Origin: Amoeboaphelidium protococcarum X5
Taxonomy: Eukaryota; Fungi; Aphelidiomycota
Assembly (NCBI GenBank): GCA_023515725.1
Contig: JALDTO010000337.1
Span: forward strand, 1 to 34,828
Direction: 5' to 3'
Length of the DNA stretch: 34,828 nt
A model generated the notes under the pieces. That model was given only the letters and a program-made list of their open reading frames with translations. It was not told the DNA's origin and made no database searches. Positions 12,194-24,011 of this stretch are shown one piece after another. Position 1 is the stretch's first letter, and every line of letters starts with the position of its first letter. The position numbers were made by a program, and so were the translations under genes.

Positions 12194-13049
12194 AATTGTT
12201 ACAATATACTCGCTGGATGAGTGACTATATGTGATATTAAATTGGAATATATTGATTACTTGATGTTTACTGCTACAGTTGGCGTTGTTGTTTCAAGTCT
12301 GTGGAAAAGAAATTGAGAGAAAGATCAGATCAGATTTGTTAGCAAGCGGCTGGATCGATTGTTCTCTCTCTTTTCCTCTTTGAGAGTTTCTCTCATTGGA
12401 AGAAGAAAGTCTCTGTCGATTCGCGTATCGATATGTTCCTCAGGCGGACTTGAATTAAATAGTTTTTTGCGCTATAAAAAGGGGAAAAGGGTGCCGGTTC
12501 TTTCGAGCGTTTTTATCGGTTGATGATGATTGCGGTAATTTTTTTGCTCCAAATTGCTTTTTGAGCTTCTAGCTGTATTGAACCTGTGTGCAGTTCATTT
12601 AGACTGTGTCTACACTCGGTGGCCTATTATTTAATCTATTTTGTCGATTTCTGGGTACCATTAGAAATACAAGGTGCAAATTTTTTCTGGAACAACACAA
12701 TGATTTATGCAAATGATGGGATGGTAGAGAAATTGACTAAGCTTAGTTTAAAGGTAAAATGTCGCACATGGTTCTCTCTCACCTGGACGCTTCAACTATC
12801 TGACTTTGACAGGACTGGTACTTGGATACCACTTGTCGTGCTACCATCTCTGGATGTCATTATTTAAAGATCAAGTGACATATCACTTTTGACAGACTAT
12901 TCAAGTGGAAATTCGTGAAGCCGCTGATGTTCAAACATTGTTAGGCGTTAGATTTTGCTTAATAGAGACAGTCAGTTGGTGATCTCTGGTGGATGCTTAG
13001 TGTCTGCTTGAGTTAACTTGAATTGCGACGCTTACATTGCCAGCATTTC

Positions 13050-15000
13050 ACTTTATGCACGGTTCAGTGGTACATTGGAGATGATTAGGCCGGTTAGTCT
13101 GCAAACACTTATAGGTATAAAGTATTTAGTTCACGTGGTCTCCGCTTTACTGGCCCGTGTGAAACTGCATTAAAACCGGCGTGTAATGTTTTTGACAGTG
13201 ATGTGGACGAAGGAGCTATTTTGAATTAAGAGGTGGCAGTCACCCTTGATCTGGCTCGGTTATACCCAGAGCCATTTGGAGAGAAAGTTATTTAAGATAA
13301 TGAATAGCTGCTTTCGCGTTTGGAGAAGACATAAAGGATGTTCAAAGCTGGTGAAATAGCGACTCAAGTTGCACAGACGCGAGCTTACGGTGATTAATAT
13401 CATAAAGAAGAATTGTGACAAAGATCGTGCTACTGCTATTGGATGGATGGATAGTCTGTTTGAAGTGATGGATTATTTCAAAAGAATCTACGCGTCAGCA
13501 TCTTCTGACAGTGTTGGTAATTATCTTCAGCAGTATAGTACAGTACGTGGACAGCTAATTCAAGCAAGTCCATTGCTGACAATGTGAATGAGTTCTCCTA
13601 CATTGTTAATTAGCTGCGTGAACGTGGTATTGTAAAGTCCGACGCTGAGCTGAAGTCTAGTGTTCTTACTGGACTTCTGACTTTTGAAGATCCTCGTTGG
13701 TAGTAAAGTAGAACCTTCTGGCTAAATGATAGTACTCTGTTGTTTCATGAAGTTATGGCTTAGATGGAAGCCACTGATTAGAGATTTTTGACAGAATTCA
13801 AATTGGTATAGAGTAGTAATGAGGCTGATCGCTCCTCTTCTCCTCTTCAAGTATTACGTGTGAATCATGAATATAACAATAGAATCTAATAGCAGAGCGA
13901 AGAGAGCAATATACAGTAGATTACGGAAGAAAGTAACGAAGAACTTTTATATCATAGACAATAAGCGATCAAGTAAATATTATTTCTAATGATATGCCTC
14001 CTGCGTCTGCCTCTGTATCTTCTTTTGAGCAGTCATCATTATTGCGTAGATCGACCCGTAAAAGAGCCAAGATGGCCTTTGTTTTAAATGATTCTTCCAA
14101 CAGAAAGTCTAAGATTGCTTAACTGGTTGCTGATGGGTGAGTACTGGCCATTTGATAATACTGGGTAAATAAATAGGGAAATAGAGAGTGATAGAATGAG
14201 TCGGAGATCCGTACGTCCGCATTGATCCGAAAACTGGATATAAGTGGTCAACTGATTGGACCGAGATCATTTATCTACATACAGAGCAAGATCTTAAAGT
14301 GAAAGAGAATGCCTAATCGGTGCAAGAGGCATTTGCTGCAGAGAATGCTATAGAAAGGGCTATTGAAACCAAGAAATGGAAAATTACTGACCATGAGCAT
14401 GAGCATTAGAGAGCTTGATCTGGACGCTTTGGTTGCTGCTAATGAAGAATTGATTGTTGAAAATCCAACCATGATTTAAGAAAGTGGGCAGCTATAGGAA
14501 TGCTGTGGCTGACTTTAGACCCATAAAACGAGTGTTTGAGAGCTGACGGAGGATGAGTTTAGACGTAAATTCGCTAACGATGGACTTGGAATATTGTAAG
14601 TTTCGGATGTTTGCTGCCGAATGTCAAGACCATTTGTTCCTTAGACTATTGGAATATGCTCCGGATCCGTATGGTATTATTTCGTTCCATTAAGTCATTA
14701 TAAATGATACATAGCGGAAGTAAGTTAACAGTAAGATAATAATTGTGTTATAAAGTATCCAGCTGGCCTTGGTTAATAAAACTGTTTATGCTGCCGCATT
14801 CTTTCCATAATACTTCTCAAAGGGTAAAGGTTGGTATAAGGGGATTTTCGGGTGCAACAAGCCTGGTCATTCTGCTAAATACTATCGCGTGTGTCGTATT
14901 GTACAGTATGTTCAAGTGCTTTAAGCATTCTGTTGGTCATTATTTTGACTCGTATCGTGATATAATACGTGGAAGTATTCGTTCTGGATTTAAAACATTC
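13050..15000 (+). mobile_element. Degenerate Ty1/copia Gag (UBN2/Retrotran_gag_2-like) with decayed zinc knuckle, frameshifted
   Basis: Across frameshifts it reads ELTVINIIKKNCDKD..LFEVMDYFKRIYASASSDSVGNYLQQY / SIADNVNEFSYIVNQLRERGIVKSDAELKSSVLTGL..LLFHEVMAQMEATDQRF. A relic CCHC knuckle FGCNKPGHSAKYY lies at about 14845-14890. Boundaries are approximate. Confidence 0.75.
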
Positions 15001-15122
15001 GCAGTCACTAGAATACTAGCTTTTGTGGTGATAACTAAGCTGAACAATCAGCCAACCTTGTTAGTTTATCGAATGAGCCAATTGTATTCTCTGTAATTGA
15101 TTCAGCTGATGAGACTGTTGGC

Positions 15123-15460
15123 AACTACTTGATTCTAGATAGTGTTTGTTCGATTCATATGGTAAAAGATCGTAGTCTGTTGTCTGACATCTAGCGTGAA
15201 GAATCTGTGCTTACGTGTCGCTGAGTGTCGTCTTTTGCAAGCTGTTGGACGTGGTAACTTGGACGGTTGTGTTGGTGGACAAGCCTTGAAGTTCGCGTAT
15301 GTTCTGTGCTTTTCAAGCATTAATGTCAATCTTCTGTCAATTCATTAGATTACTGCAAAAGGGTTTTACGTTATATTTATTGATTAAATTGCCAGGTTGA
15401 GAAGAATGGACTTTAAATTGTTGCTCTTGATGAGGGAAATGTTTATGTATTGAGATTTGA
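15123..15460 (+). mobile_element. Degenerate Ty1/copia aspartic protease (pol N-terminus)
   Basis: YLILDSVCSIHMVKDRSLLSD / LQAVGRGNL..LKFAYVLCFSSINVNLLSIHQITAKGFYVIF / CQVEKNG..EGNVYVL matches the copia pattern W(I/L)LDSGAS.HM..G.G.V..VL.VP..NLLSV.QL..G..V.F. Catalytic DSG has become DSV, and there are two frameshifts. Confidence 0.8.
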
Positions 15461-15729
15461 TCAAAGTTTAAAGTCGCGTCCAAGGTTAGTCTGTTGCTCG
15501 TAATACGTATAGAGACATCTAGGTAATAAGCAGCCCTCAGAATTTAAGTCGTGCTTAGATCTATCCGACGCGTTAGGAGCATGGAGGCGAATGAAGCAGC
15601 AGACTATTAAAAGTAATTAAGTAAGAGCGAGGTAGATGACTTGGACGTGTGTCTAGAAAAGAGAGTCAAGTTGAATGTAAATGTTTGTGACTTAGACGAC
15701 GTGGAAGCAGTGACCAGCAGCCACATCTT

Positions 15730-15765
15730 ACTTTGCTGTGGTGTTGTCGTCTTGGTCACGTTGGA
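15730..15765 (+). mobile_element. Copia GAG-pre-integrase motif relic
   Basis: TLLWCCRLGHVG resembles the LWHxRLGH motif and lies in the expected order after the protease. No integrase core, RT or RNase H follows. Confidence 0.6.
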
Positions 15766-16049
15766 AGGTGTAAGGTTGCTATTATGTGTGGTCTGCATCA
15801 TTAGCAGCTTGGTTAGAATTTGTCTGCGCAATACTCTGAAAGTAGCTGCTCGCGATCTAAGAGCAATTTACGAAGTGATTGGGCAATTGGCCATGTCCTA
15901 CAATCACACTGCTGTATTCCTCTAATGTAAAGCAAGAATGGAGTCCCTGGTGGCCGGGATTGCTGTAGTTTCAGCGGGGCAATATGTTTGCGGACATCCA
16001 TCATCAGGAGATGAATCTTGTTAGACGTATATTTCACATTTACAGGAGA

Positions 16050-16150
16050 ACGAAGGATACAATAATCTTTGATGGTACCAATTATCATGAATGGCTGCAT
16101 TGTTTAAAACTCAATCTACGCGTTCAAGGCCTAGATTCCGTGTTTATTCC
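16050..16150 (+). mobile_element. Second copia Gag N-terminal fragment
   Basis: Within supplied ORF 15984..16277, IIFDGTNYHEWLHCLKLNLRVQGLDSVF matches the copia Gag N-terminal (F/L)xGxNYxxW...L...GL pattern. Confidence 0.6.
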
Positions 16151-16427
16151 CGCTGCAGGCAAGTGTTTGGAGCAGTATATAAATCAAAATTCTTTACTTA
16201 CTGCACAACTGGAATGCTTTGATAGCACGACGCAGAAACGTAAATCTTACACTCCAGCGAAAAGATATTTTCCGTAGGTTGAAGGCATTGATAAATAAAA
16301 GGTGACCCAATGAGGATTTGTCTTCGGTGCTAATTGAATTCTTGTCACTCAACTTCTACTTGACAACCTACGCATCGTGGAGGTATGATTGAATAGCAGC
16401 TGTAGTGATAAATCATCCGTAATCTAA

Positions 16428-16635
16428 TTGCCCTTTGGAATAGTGGAGGGTCAATTGAAGAACATTATCGAGATGTGGCCAAAATGGCAAGAGATTTTCT
16501 GACCGTTCCAAGCTCAGGTGTGGCATCTGATGAGCAAATTAGCTAAACAGGTTTAAAAGTCAGCGAAAAAAGATATAACTAGGAGCTGAAACACTTGAAG
16601 CCACGGCATGTCTCACAAACTGGATATCTAGATTT
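16428..16635 (+). mobile_element. hAT transposase C-terminal dimerisation domain relic
   Basis: CPLEQWRV / EEHYRDVAKMARDFLTVPSSGVASDEQISQTGLKVSEKRYN / LGAETLEATACLTNWI matches the Dimer_Tnp_hAT pattern PL.WW..YP.LA.MARD.L.IPATSV.SER.FS..G..R..L..T.EAL.CL..W, with two frameshifts. Confidence 0.8.
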
Positions 16636-17062
16636 AAAGGACTTGGCGCTGATTTGCTCGTAGCATCCTTGAGTTGAATTGACAACAAGGTAGATACTAC
16701 AAGGATAAATGGAACGATATGGAAGTGTATATGGATTGTGCCAATATTATATAAAGATGGTAAGGGAAAGTCTGATTATGAAGTTGGTAAGAAAAGAAGA
16801 CTGTATTAAACATGACAAATGACGCGATCATAGCTATTTAGTTTTTGACTCGCAAGAGCTGGGCTTGCCAAAAATCTTATCAGTGTTGTTAATAAACACC
16901 ACTTCCATAAGTAGAAAAAAGTCAAGATGAGTTGAGCTTCTTCTTAATTTCGTGAAACTTATCTATGAATTTAAAAGTAGTAAAAGTCTTTAATTTTACA
17001 CTATCCATTAAAGTTGATTTTAAATGCAACGAGTCTAATGATAATCATAATTGGCCATTCAT

Positions 17063-19486
17063 TCAACTCCAAACGTCTTCCTGATAACGACCTTTGTCGC
17101 GCAGAGATTTAATAAATTGAGACGCGTCATACTCACTCATTGAGCCTACAGAACGGCAAATCTGTTCCAGCGTCTGATGTACATCACGCGCCATATTGCT
17201 GGCATCACCACAAACGTACAAGTAAGCACCCTTACTCTTCAACAAGTCAAATACCATCTCAGCATGATCCAGGAGACGATGCTGAACGTAGACTTTCTCT
17301 GCACTTTCACGAGAGAATGCACAAATAAGATCTGTGAGTCCAAAACCGCTTTATGCTTATGAAGTTACATCAGTAGTAGTGGTGGACTGATTAGGCATAT
17401 AACTACTAAGTAGCTCTTTTTAATAAAGGAAATCTTCATTTCTGTTGCGACATCCAAAAAACAGTACCGAACGACTTATAAACTTTTCAACTTCAATAGC
17501 ACTATCTCCATCCTATTATTCAGAAGATTAATGAACCTAAAAGTCCAACTTTCCGACGGTATCCAAAGTTATCTGGCATTAAGCACGATTAAGTACTGTC
17601 TTTGGCTTCTTTGACAAGTAGTCCGCAATCTTTTACCTTGCAATATCTTCACGTTCCTGAATAAAGCCTCGAAATGGTGCAAGTCCAGTACCAGGTCCAA
17701 TCATAATTATGGGAGTAAGAGAGTTCTTAGGCAGTCTAAATTTGCTGGTCCTGATGAAAAGAGGAACTAAACACTCTGGGCCGGATAATTCATGATTCCT
17801 CATATTTTCGATGTTTTCACCTGTCTAGCACATTTCTTGCAAGTACCCAGTGCAAACACCACTGACATTACGTCCACTTTAAGTACTGTATTACACGACA
17901 GAAGCCGTAACATGAATAGACTTTTCATCCTGAGAGTTCTTGATATACTTTGGACTACAAGATATGCTGTAATATCTTGGTTGTAATCTAGGCAGCATCT
18001 CAAGCAGATCTCCGATAGTGAACTGATTAGAAAGCTCCAAGCCGGACTAGGAAGCCTCCTGCTTCAATTTGATTAGATCAGCCTCAGAATACAAACTATA
18101 ATCTGGCTAGAGCGGGATCCTGACCGATGGGTGATCTTCAAGTACCTGCCTCAAATTTCTTCCATCTTCAATAATGTACTAGTGATACAGAGCATTGTCC
18201 GTGGCAAGACTGTGCAATGACTCTTTATCATTCTCAACTTATGCAACGTTACCCAGAATCTTTAGTAGATTAGTAGGCGGATGGACATTAATATCAACGT
18301 AATAAGTCAATGCAGCACGGAGAGTACACGGACAGGGAAAAGGAGACTTTTTGGCAGCCTAAGCGTCATAAGCTTTCATAGAGAATACAAAAGAATCCAA
18401 TTATGCGGATGTTAACCCAAAGCTCTGAGCCAGCAATTCAACCTCCAGCTTATTGTTACGTGGATAAATGGCAACATGGTCACCCGTAGTATAACGCATA
18501 TTAGCATTACTAATATCCAATTCTACATGCAAGACACTTCTTTTCTCTTAGTTATCACCTTAAATCAACTCTCTCCAACGAAGTACTGGAGCATAATACG
18601 GATTCTTGGCATCATACAGCACTCTCTTCTACTGTCCAGACCAAGCGCAGACTGTACCATGCTCGCCTGTATAAATAGGTTTCTTCAACTCCACCTAACT
18701 GGTAATAGTCTGGAATTAATAAGATCTTACAACACAATAATCGCCTTCAACTTGTCCATACCTGAAATCGGGAAACTGCTTGATAAAGTGTTCAGTGCCC
18801 AGAAACTACAGAGCTTCAGTGGACCAATTCACAAAACTCTGCTCCACCTAATCATTATAATAATCATCACTCTCACCCCTGGCAATAAGCGATGTACATC
18901 CCAAGCTAGTGAGCTTCTTACCCAGAGTCCTGGCGACGTGATTAAAGTGTTCATATGAGCTGTTACCCAAACCAAATACCAAGTACGGGAAGCTGACATC
19001 TCCACCCACACACTCATCCATAACATACTCATAAAAGTCGCGAGAATTATCAGTAGGCTCACCATCTCCATACGTGGCAATTATAATGCAAACGACAACG
19101 TGCTAAGGCAGATCCTTCAAGAATTCATAATCATCATAATAACTCGCGTCAATAGACAGGCACTTGATTCCATGCATAATAGACTCTTTCATAAGTCGAC
19201 TGGCAAATCCCTCCGCAGTACCAGTCTGACTACCCCAAATGATCAGCATACTAGGTATCTCTTATTAAAATTTCTCCAACACTGGATGATCACTAGACGG
19301 TGCTTACGAAGTGGTAATACTACTACTACTTGATGGCTATTACTTGGATTATTGCTTTGATCTAACGTCTTTACCATTTTCATACCTCACATTCAACACC
19401 AGTCTTGTATACAGCTTAGGATTAAAGTAGAATACAGCAATCGCCACAGAAAACGCCAGTAGGAAATAATCTTGAATTTACAACAT
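17063..19486 (-). CDS. NCP1: NADPH-cytochrome P450 reductase, 807 aa
   Basis: N-terminal membrane anchor, then [97 protein letters not shown] and [12 protein letters not shown], all in one frame with TAR=Gln. Confidence 0.95.
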
Positions 19487-19922
19487 AATAATAATTATTA
19501 CACACAATATAACTGAGATTACTGAGACCACCAAACTGCAAGATGAAGAAGAGATGCGACAACTAATGAGAAATGAAAGCCTCACGACAGAGACGACGGA
19601 CGAGAGCTTCCCGGAGAAGGGCGCGTATTTATCATTGAGGCGAAAGAAATCCTCAGTCAGCAATTCGTCGCGATTCGTTTGCCTTTTATGGCAGCGTCGT
19701 TTCGGGAAATTGTTGCCTTTTACTTCTTGCATTTAACAAGAGTGTTACCTTATTATATCGAAATACCCTGAGTATACATCAGGCGAGCTGTATTTTATAG
19801 CTTCCCTTTATCTTATATAGTTAACTGAGTAGAGTCTGTGAAGTAGAACAACAAATATCAAAGTGATACTATACTTTTTATAAGAATTATAAGAATAATT
19901 GGACTGTACTTAACATTGAAAG

Positions 19923-21890
19923 ATGATGAAGAGGAGAAAGACTGGGGAATAATAATAGTCACAGGATAGCAGTAATATAGTAGAGAAGGTATTGGAAATG
20001 ATTGATTAATTGACTCTGGCTGAGAGAAGTGATGTGGTTAGTGCAATCTAGAGAAAGTAGTGTAAAGACTTTACAAAGTTCCTGCCTACAGAGCTCTCAC
20101 TGTCCATTCTAAAGTACCTGAATGCGCGAGACATTATAGTATTGTATTCTGTATGTAAAGCTTGGAATAATCTCTTGTAAGACCATTCTAATACAATTTG
20201 GTTAAATCTTATTGCCAAAGAGGGCTGGCTGTCTAGAGCGCTCTAAGATTAAGCACGGAATTCATATATTATACAAAAGTCTTCAGATAATCTTCATAAT
20301 TCAACATAGTGGCGATCCTATTTCAAAACGTATCATGTAATCAGGTAGAACTGGTTTGACTCAAATGATGATGTCTATTGTAAATCTTAAATGATCCAGG
20401 CGCCAGAGAATGTGGTTGTTACTTGTATTTAATTCGCCGGTTATTGCAATGAGTACATTGTCACTGGCTCAGAGATGCCTCCCATCGTGGTGTATGCAGT
20501 TGATCCATAAACTCAAGAGTGGCGAGTCTCACATTCACTGATCGGTCATGAAGGAGGCGTGTGGGCTATGGAAGTTGCTAGTAATCCCAATGCTGTCACT
20601 GCCGTTCTCAGTCCACACTTGAAAGATAAGAATACTCTGGTGAGTGGCTCTACGGATAAGACTGTCAGAGTGTGGGATATCTAGCGTGCTCAGTGTCTAT
20701 ACGTTTTGCAGGCTCATAGCAGTACTGTACGATGCCTGTCGGTGTGTACTGTGGATAATCAGTTGATGATATTGAGTGGCTCTAGAGATAAATCTGTTCG
20801 CGCCTGGAAAGTTGATTTTGCTCCACCTCCACCTCATCATGATGGTGGTGATAGTAGCACTTCAACGAAATTTTAGGTTCCCGCCTAGTCTTTATAGTAG
20901 TCATAAGAGCCTCGAAGTTTGGATGTGTAAATGGATATGAGTTAGGGAGTGAAGAAGTCTGCTGTGATATAGGAATCTTACTACAAGTTGGATGGACATA
21001 CGGATAGTGTGAGGGCTATAGCTTGTAAGTATCCATACTCGGCCACAGGTTCGTATGATGCCACAGTGAGGCTTTGGGATTTGAATGATGGTAGATGCAT
21101 ACACGTTCTCACTGGTCACACTAACAAGGTTTACTCTGTGGTTATTCACTTGCATAAATCAACAACTTCTGATGCTTAAGCTTTTAATAGGAATGGAGTC
21201 GTAATTAGCGGCAGTCTGGATTGTACTATGCGAGTATGGGACATTATGAGCGGATGCTGCGTCCGTGTTATTGCGGATCATGCATCACTGGTGGGACTGC
21301 TGTAGTTGGAAGAGTTGACTTACATACCGGCGTCTTTCAGAAGCCCTTTGCAACGAAGGCATGAACCTGCTACTTCATAACACTTATCCTCTAGACCATT
21401 AAATGCTCCTCGCTCTCTGCTTAATTAGTCATCGCAGCTTGTCACTCCCGTTGAGAAGAATGTTTAATCGGAGTCTTTATCCGGAGTGTAAAAGATCTTG
21501 ACATCCTCATAACAAGCTACAGCCATGAAATCTACTTATCCTATTCTTATCAGTGCCGCAGCTGACTCTACCATGAAGATTTGGCATCCATCGTGCATTC
21601 TTGATTATGAAGTTGATAAATTGCACTATGATAGACCATGCATATCTACGCTCTCTGGGCATCCCACGGCAATCACTTGTTTCCAATTCGACTCTGATAA
21701 GATTGTGTCTGGATCAGAGGGACGGATAAGTGTCTATGATACTAGGAATGCCATGTTTGTTAGAGATCTCTCTATAGGAGTAGCCAACAGTTGGCGTGTG
21801 TGTATTGACTGGAATAAAGCTGTCTGTGCGGTGGATCGTGACGAAACTACATGGATCGAGATTTATGATTTTAGCTCTACTGGCATTTGA
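19923..21890 (+). CDS. CDC4: F-box/WD40 SCF substrate receptor, Cdc4/Fbw7-like, 655 aa
   Basis: F-box [26 protein letters not shown], then Cdc4-type WD repeats VVTCIQF (TAA=Q), [48 protein letters not shown] and [12 protein letters not shown]. An in-frame TGA at 19917 fixes the start. Confidence 0.88.
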
Positions 21891-22027
21891 ATGACATAAT
21901 TTTTGAGATACAACTACAAAGGCGAAATGATGTGTAATTATAAATGATCATTAAATTTACATTAATTTATTATTTACAGCGACTATTCATAATCTTATTA
22001 TATATGGTAATGATTAAGTAGAACGGA

Positions 22028-23725
22028 TCAGCAATGCACCTTGATACAGTCATCAGATGCTTTTCGCATGGCAATGTCCAAATCAGCTTGTGTCTGCAGT
22101 GGCAAAAGTTCAACACGGTTTGACGCAGTCTTGTTCTCATAAGTCATATACTCAATCTCTGTCTGATTAGTGACCAGGGCAATATGTTCCCGCATCACCT
22201 CAATGTTAACATTCCTATCGACAGAAATCTCAGCCAATTCACTTCCACAGATGACCTTGACCAGTATAAGTGACCGCTCCTTATTCTCCACATACTCATC
22301 AATAGTTTGTTGAGTGACGTTCGGGTCCTTTCTCAAGCGCATAGTTTGCATCTTTTGGCGCAAATCATTTTTTATAGTCTTGTTGTCATTAAATGATTAG
22401 TCTTATGCTGAGGAATCCCCAGAGTGTGACGAATTATCGCTTGGTCGACGTTTCCGAGTTTAAGCAGGTGGTAAAGTGTAAATCTCGCGAAGACGGTCCT
22501 CTTTACTAGGAGCTTTGGCCGATTTCTGGTAGGTGGGGACACTTTCATCTTAAAATTCACTCACTTGTGCACCTCCATCTCCATTCAAATTGGGCTTGAA
22601 GAATTTCAAAACCAGCTGACTGTGACTGATGTACTTGGGTAGAGATAACAGATTAAATAGGTAGTGATTGAAATCTTTGACGCGTGTCTTGGCCACTTAA
22701 CGCGTGACATGCTCCACATTTCCAGGCATATACGGGATTATCCTTTTACTCTGATCATTCTGGCCAGCTTCCAAAGTGAACGTTTTCATTAGCTTCTGAT
22801 GCAACTTGTAAAAGTCTTCATATGATCGATACACAATGTGAGTCTTACGAGTACGTTGCACTTTGATCTCTAACACCACATAGTTGCCACGATCATCTTT
22901 CAAATACTCAAGCACAGAGGCTGTCATCAGCTTGTTCTTCTCCTTCTTTTGTGGATGACTCGCCATCATAATCTCCTTCCATTCAGATACTTTTGGTATA
23001 CGCACGCGTCTACCATCAGACATTTTAATCACACCATATCCTTCGCCGTGTAGTATGTTAGCATTAGTGAGCGTAGCGTAAGAGACGGGAAGAAGTCCAA
23101 TAACACGTTTATCCACAACTCCATCTTCCTAAATAGAACTCTTACTTACCAAATACCAATCTTTACTTTACGCGCACACGTAGACAATTTCGTCACATCG
23201 ACAAGACAACTCTTCCTACTGGTAAGACTCGAAATCTTGTACCACCTTGGCCTCGACTTCGTTAATAACCACTGGAATCTTATCTTTTGCAGAATTAGTA
23301 TTGAAATGCTTGTGCTAATTGTTGTAAGAGTCTGCAGTAAGTGGCGGCGGAGGGGCATTATTACTACTGCTAGATGAATCGCTATAAACCGAAGTCTAAT
23401 CATTACTAGGAGATACAGGATTCTCCTACTATTTCACAGAGGTTTTACTATTAGTAACATTTTGCGCTCCTTCTATTATATCAGAGCTCAATATTCTAAA
23501 ATACGATTTTGGCACCATTCCATATATCGATGCATCATACACGGATTCCACTTCATACCACTCTTCATCTACACTCATTGTTAAATTGAATGATGATCGA
23601 TATGGATTGTTTCAACAACGATTCTTACCTGTGGCGTCCACAACGCGAAATTGATCTCCCACTCCAAATGACAATTCATACTCTGACCCCTTGGTAAAAG
23701 GGAATGCTGCTGCAATTATTTTCAT
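22028..23725 (-). CDS. BEM1: Bem1/Scd2 polarity scaffold (SH3-SH3-PX-PB1), two exons 23725-23629 and 23568-22028, 545 aa
   Basis: SH3a (ELSFGVGDQFRVVDATDEEWYEV..GMVPKSYF), SH3b (QDFESYQQEELS..DWYLV..GLLPVSY), Bem1-type PX (YRSYEDFYKLHQKLMKTFTLEAG..RIIPYMPGNVEHVT..LPKYISHSQLVLKFF) and C-terminal PB1 (LVKVICGSELAEISV). Confidence 0.88.
23569..23628 (-). other. Spliceosomal intron, 60 nt, in BEM1
   Basis: GTAAGA donor, TTTAAC branch-like site and TGTAG acceptor. It contains an in-frame TGA, and removing it restores the SH3 D-EEWY motif. Confidence 0.85.
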
Positions 23726-24011
23726 TATTTTAATTATGTATTTACAATTAATTTAAATGCTTGCTTAGTATTATTAGAAAGAGGTCAAGTTTAATTTGAA
23801 CAAGGATGTTACACCGTCTGATCATTCAAGAATGGCAGTCACAGCAATTGGTTTAATGTCATCTGATTGGTTGGATTGTGCTTCAAGCGAATGGCTAATT
23901 CTTAACAACGCCTAAAATAGAAAGACGTCTTTGTCTGGTAAATTAGAATAAAGAGTGACTAATTACATAATCCAATATTTGTTTACAAATCACAATCGAT
24001 CAGTAGGGACT

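Noticed and set aside
12586-12960. Possible copia reverse transcriptase remnant (YLIYFVDF; FKDQVTYHF..TLLGVRF)
   Set aside because: No true YVDD, the spacing between the motifs is too long, they lie in different frames, and the position is upstream of Gag. Too weak to call.
16860-16905. Possible hAT terminal inverted repeat (cagtgttgttaataaacac)
   Set aside because: Only a 5-bp local hairpin. No matching partner end or 8-bp target duplication was found by eye.
18476-18958. Supplied 160-aa plus-strand ORF and similar antisense ORFs
   Set aside because: Antisense shadow of the P450 reductase gene with no motifs. The same applies to shadows over the other genes.
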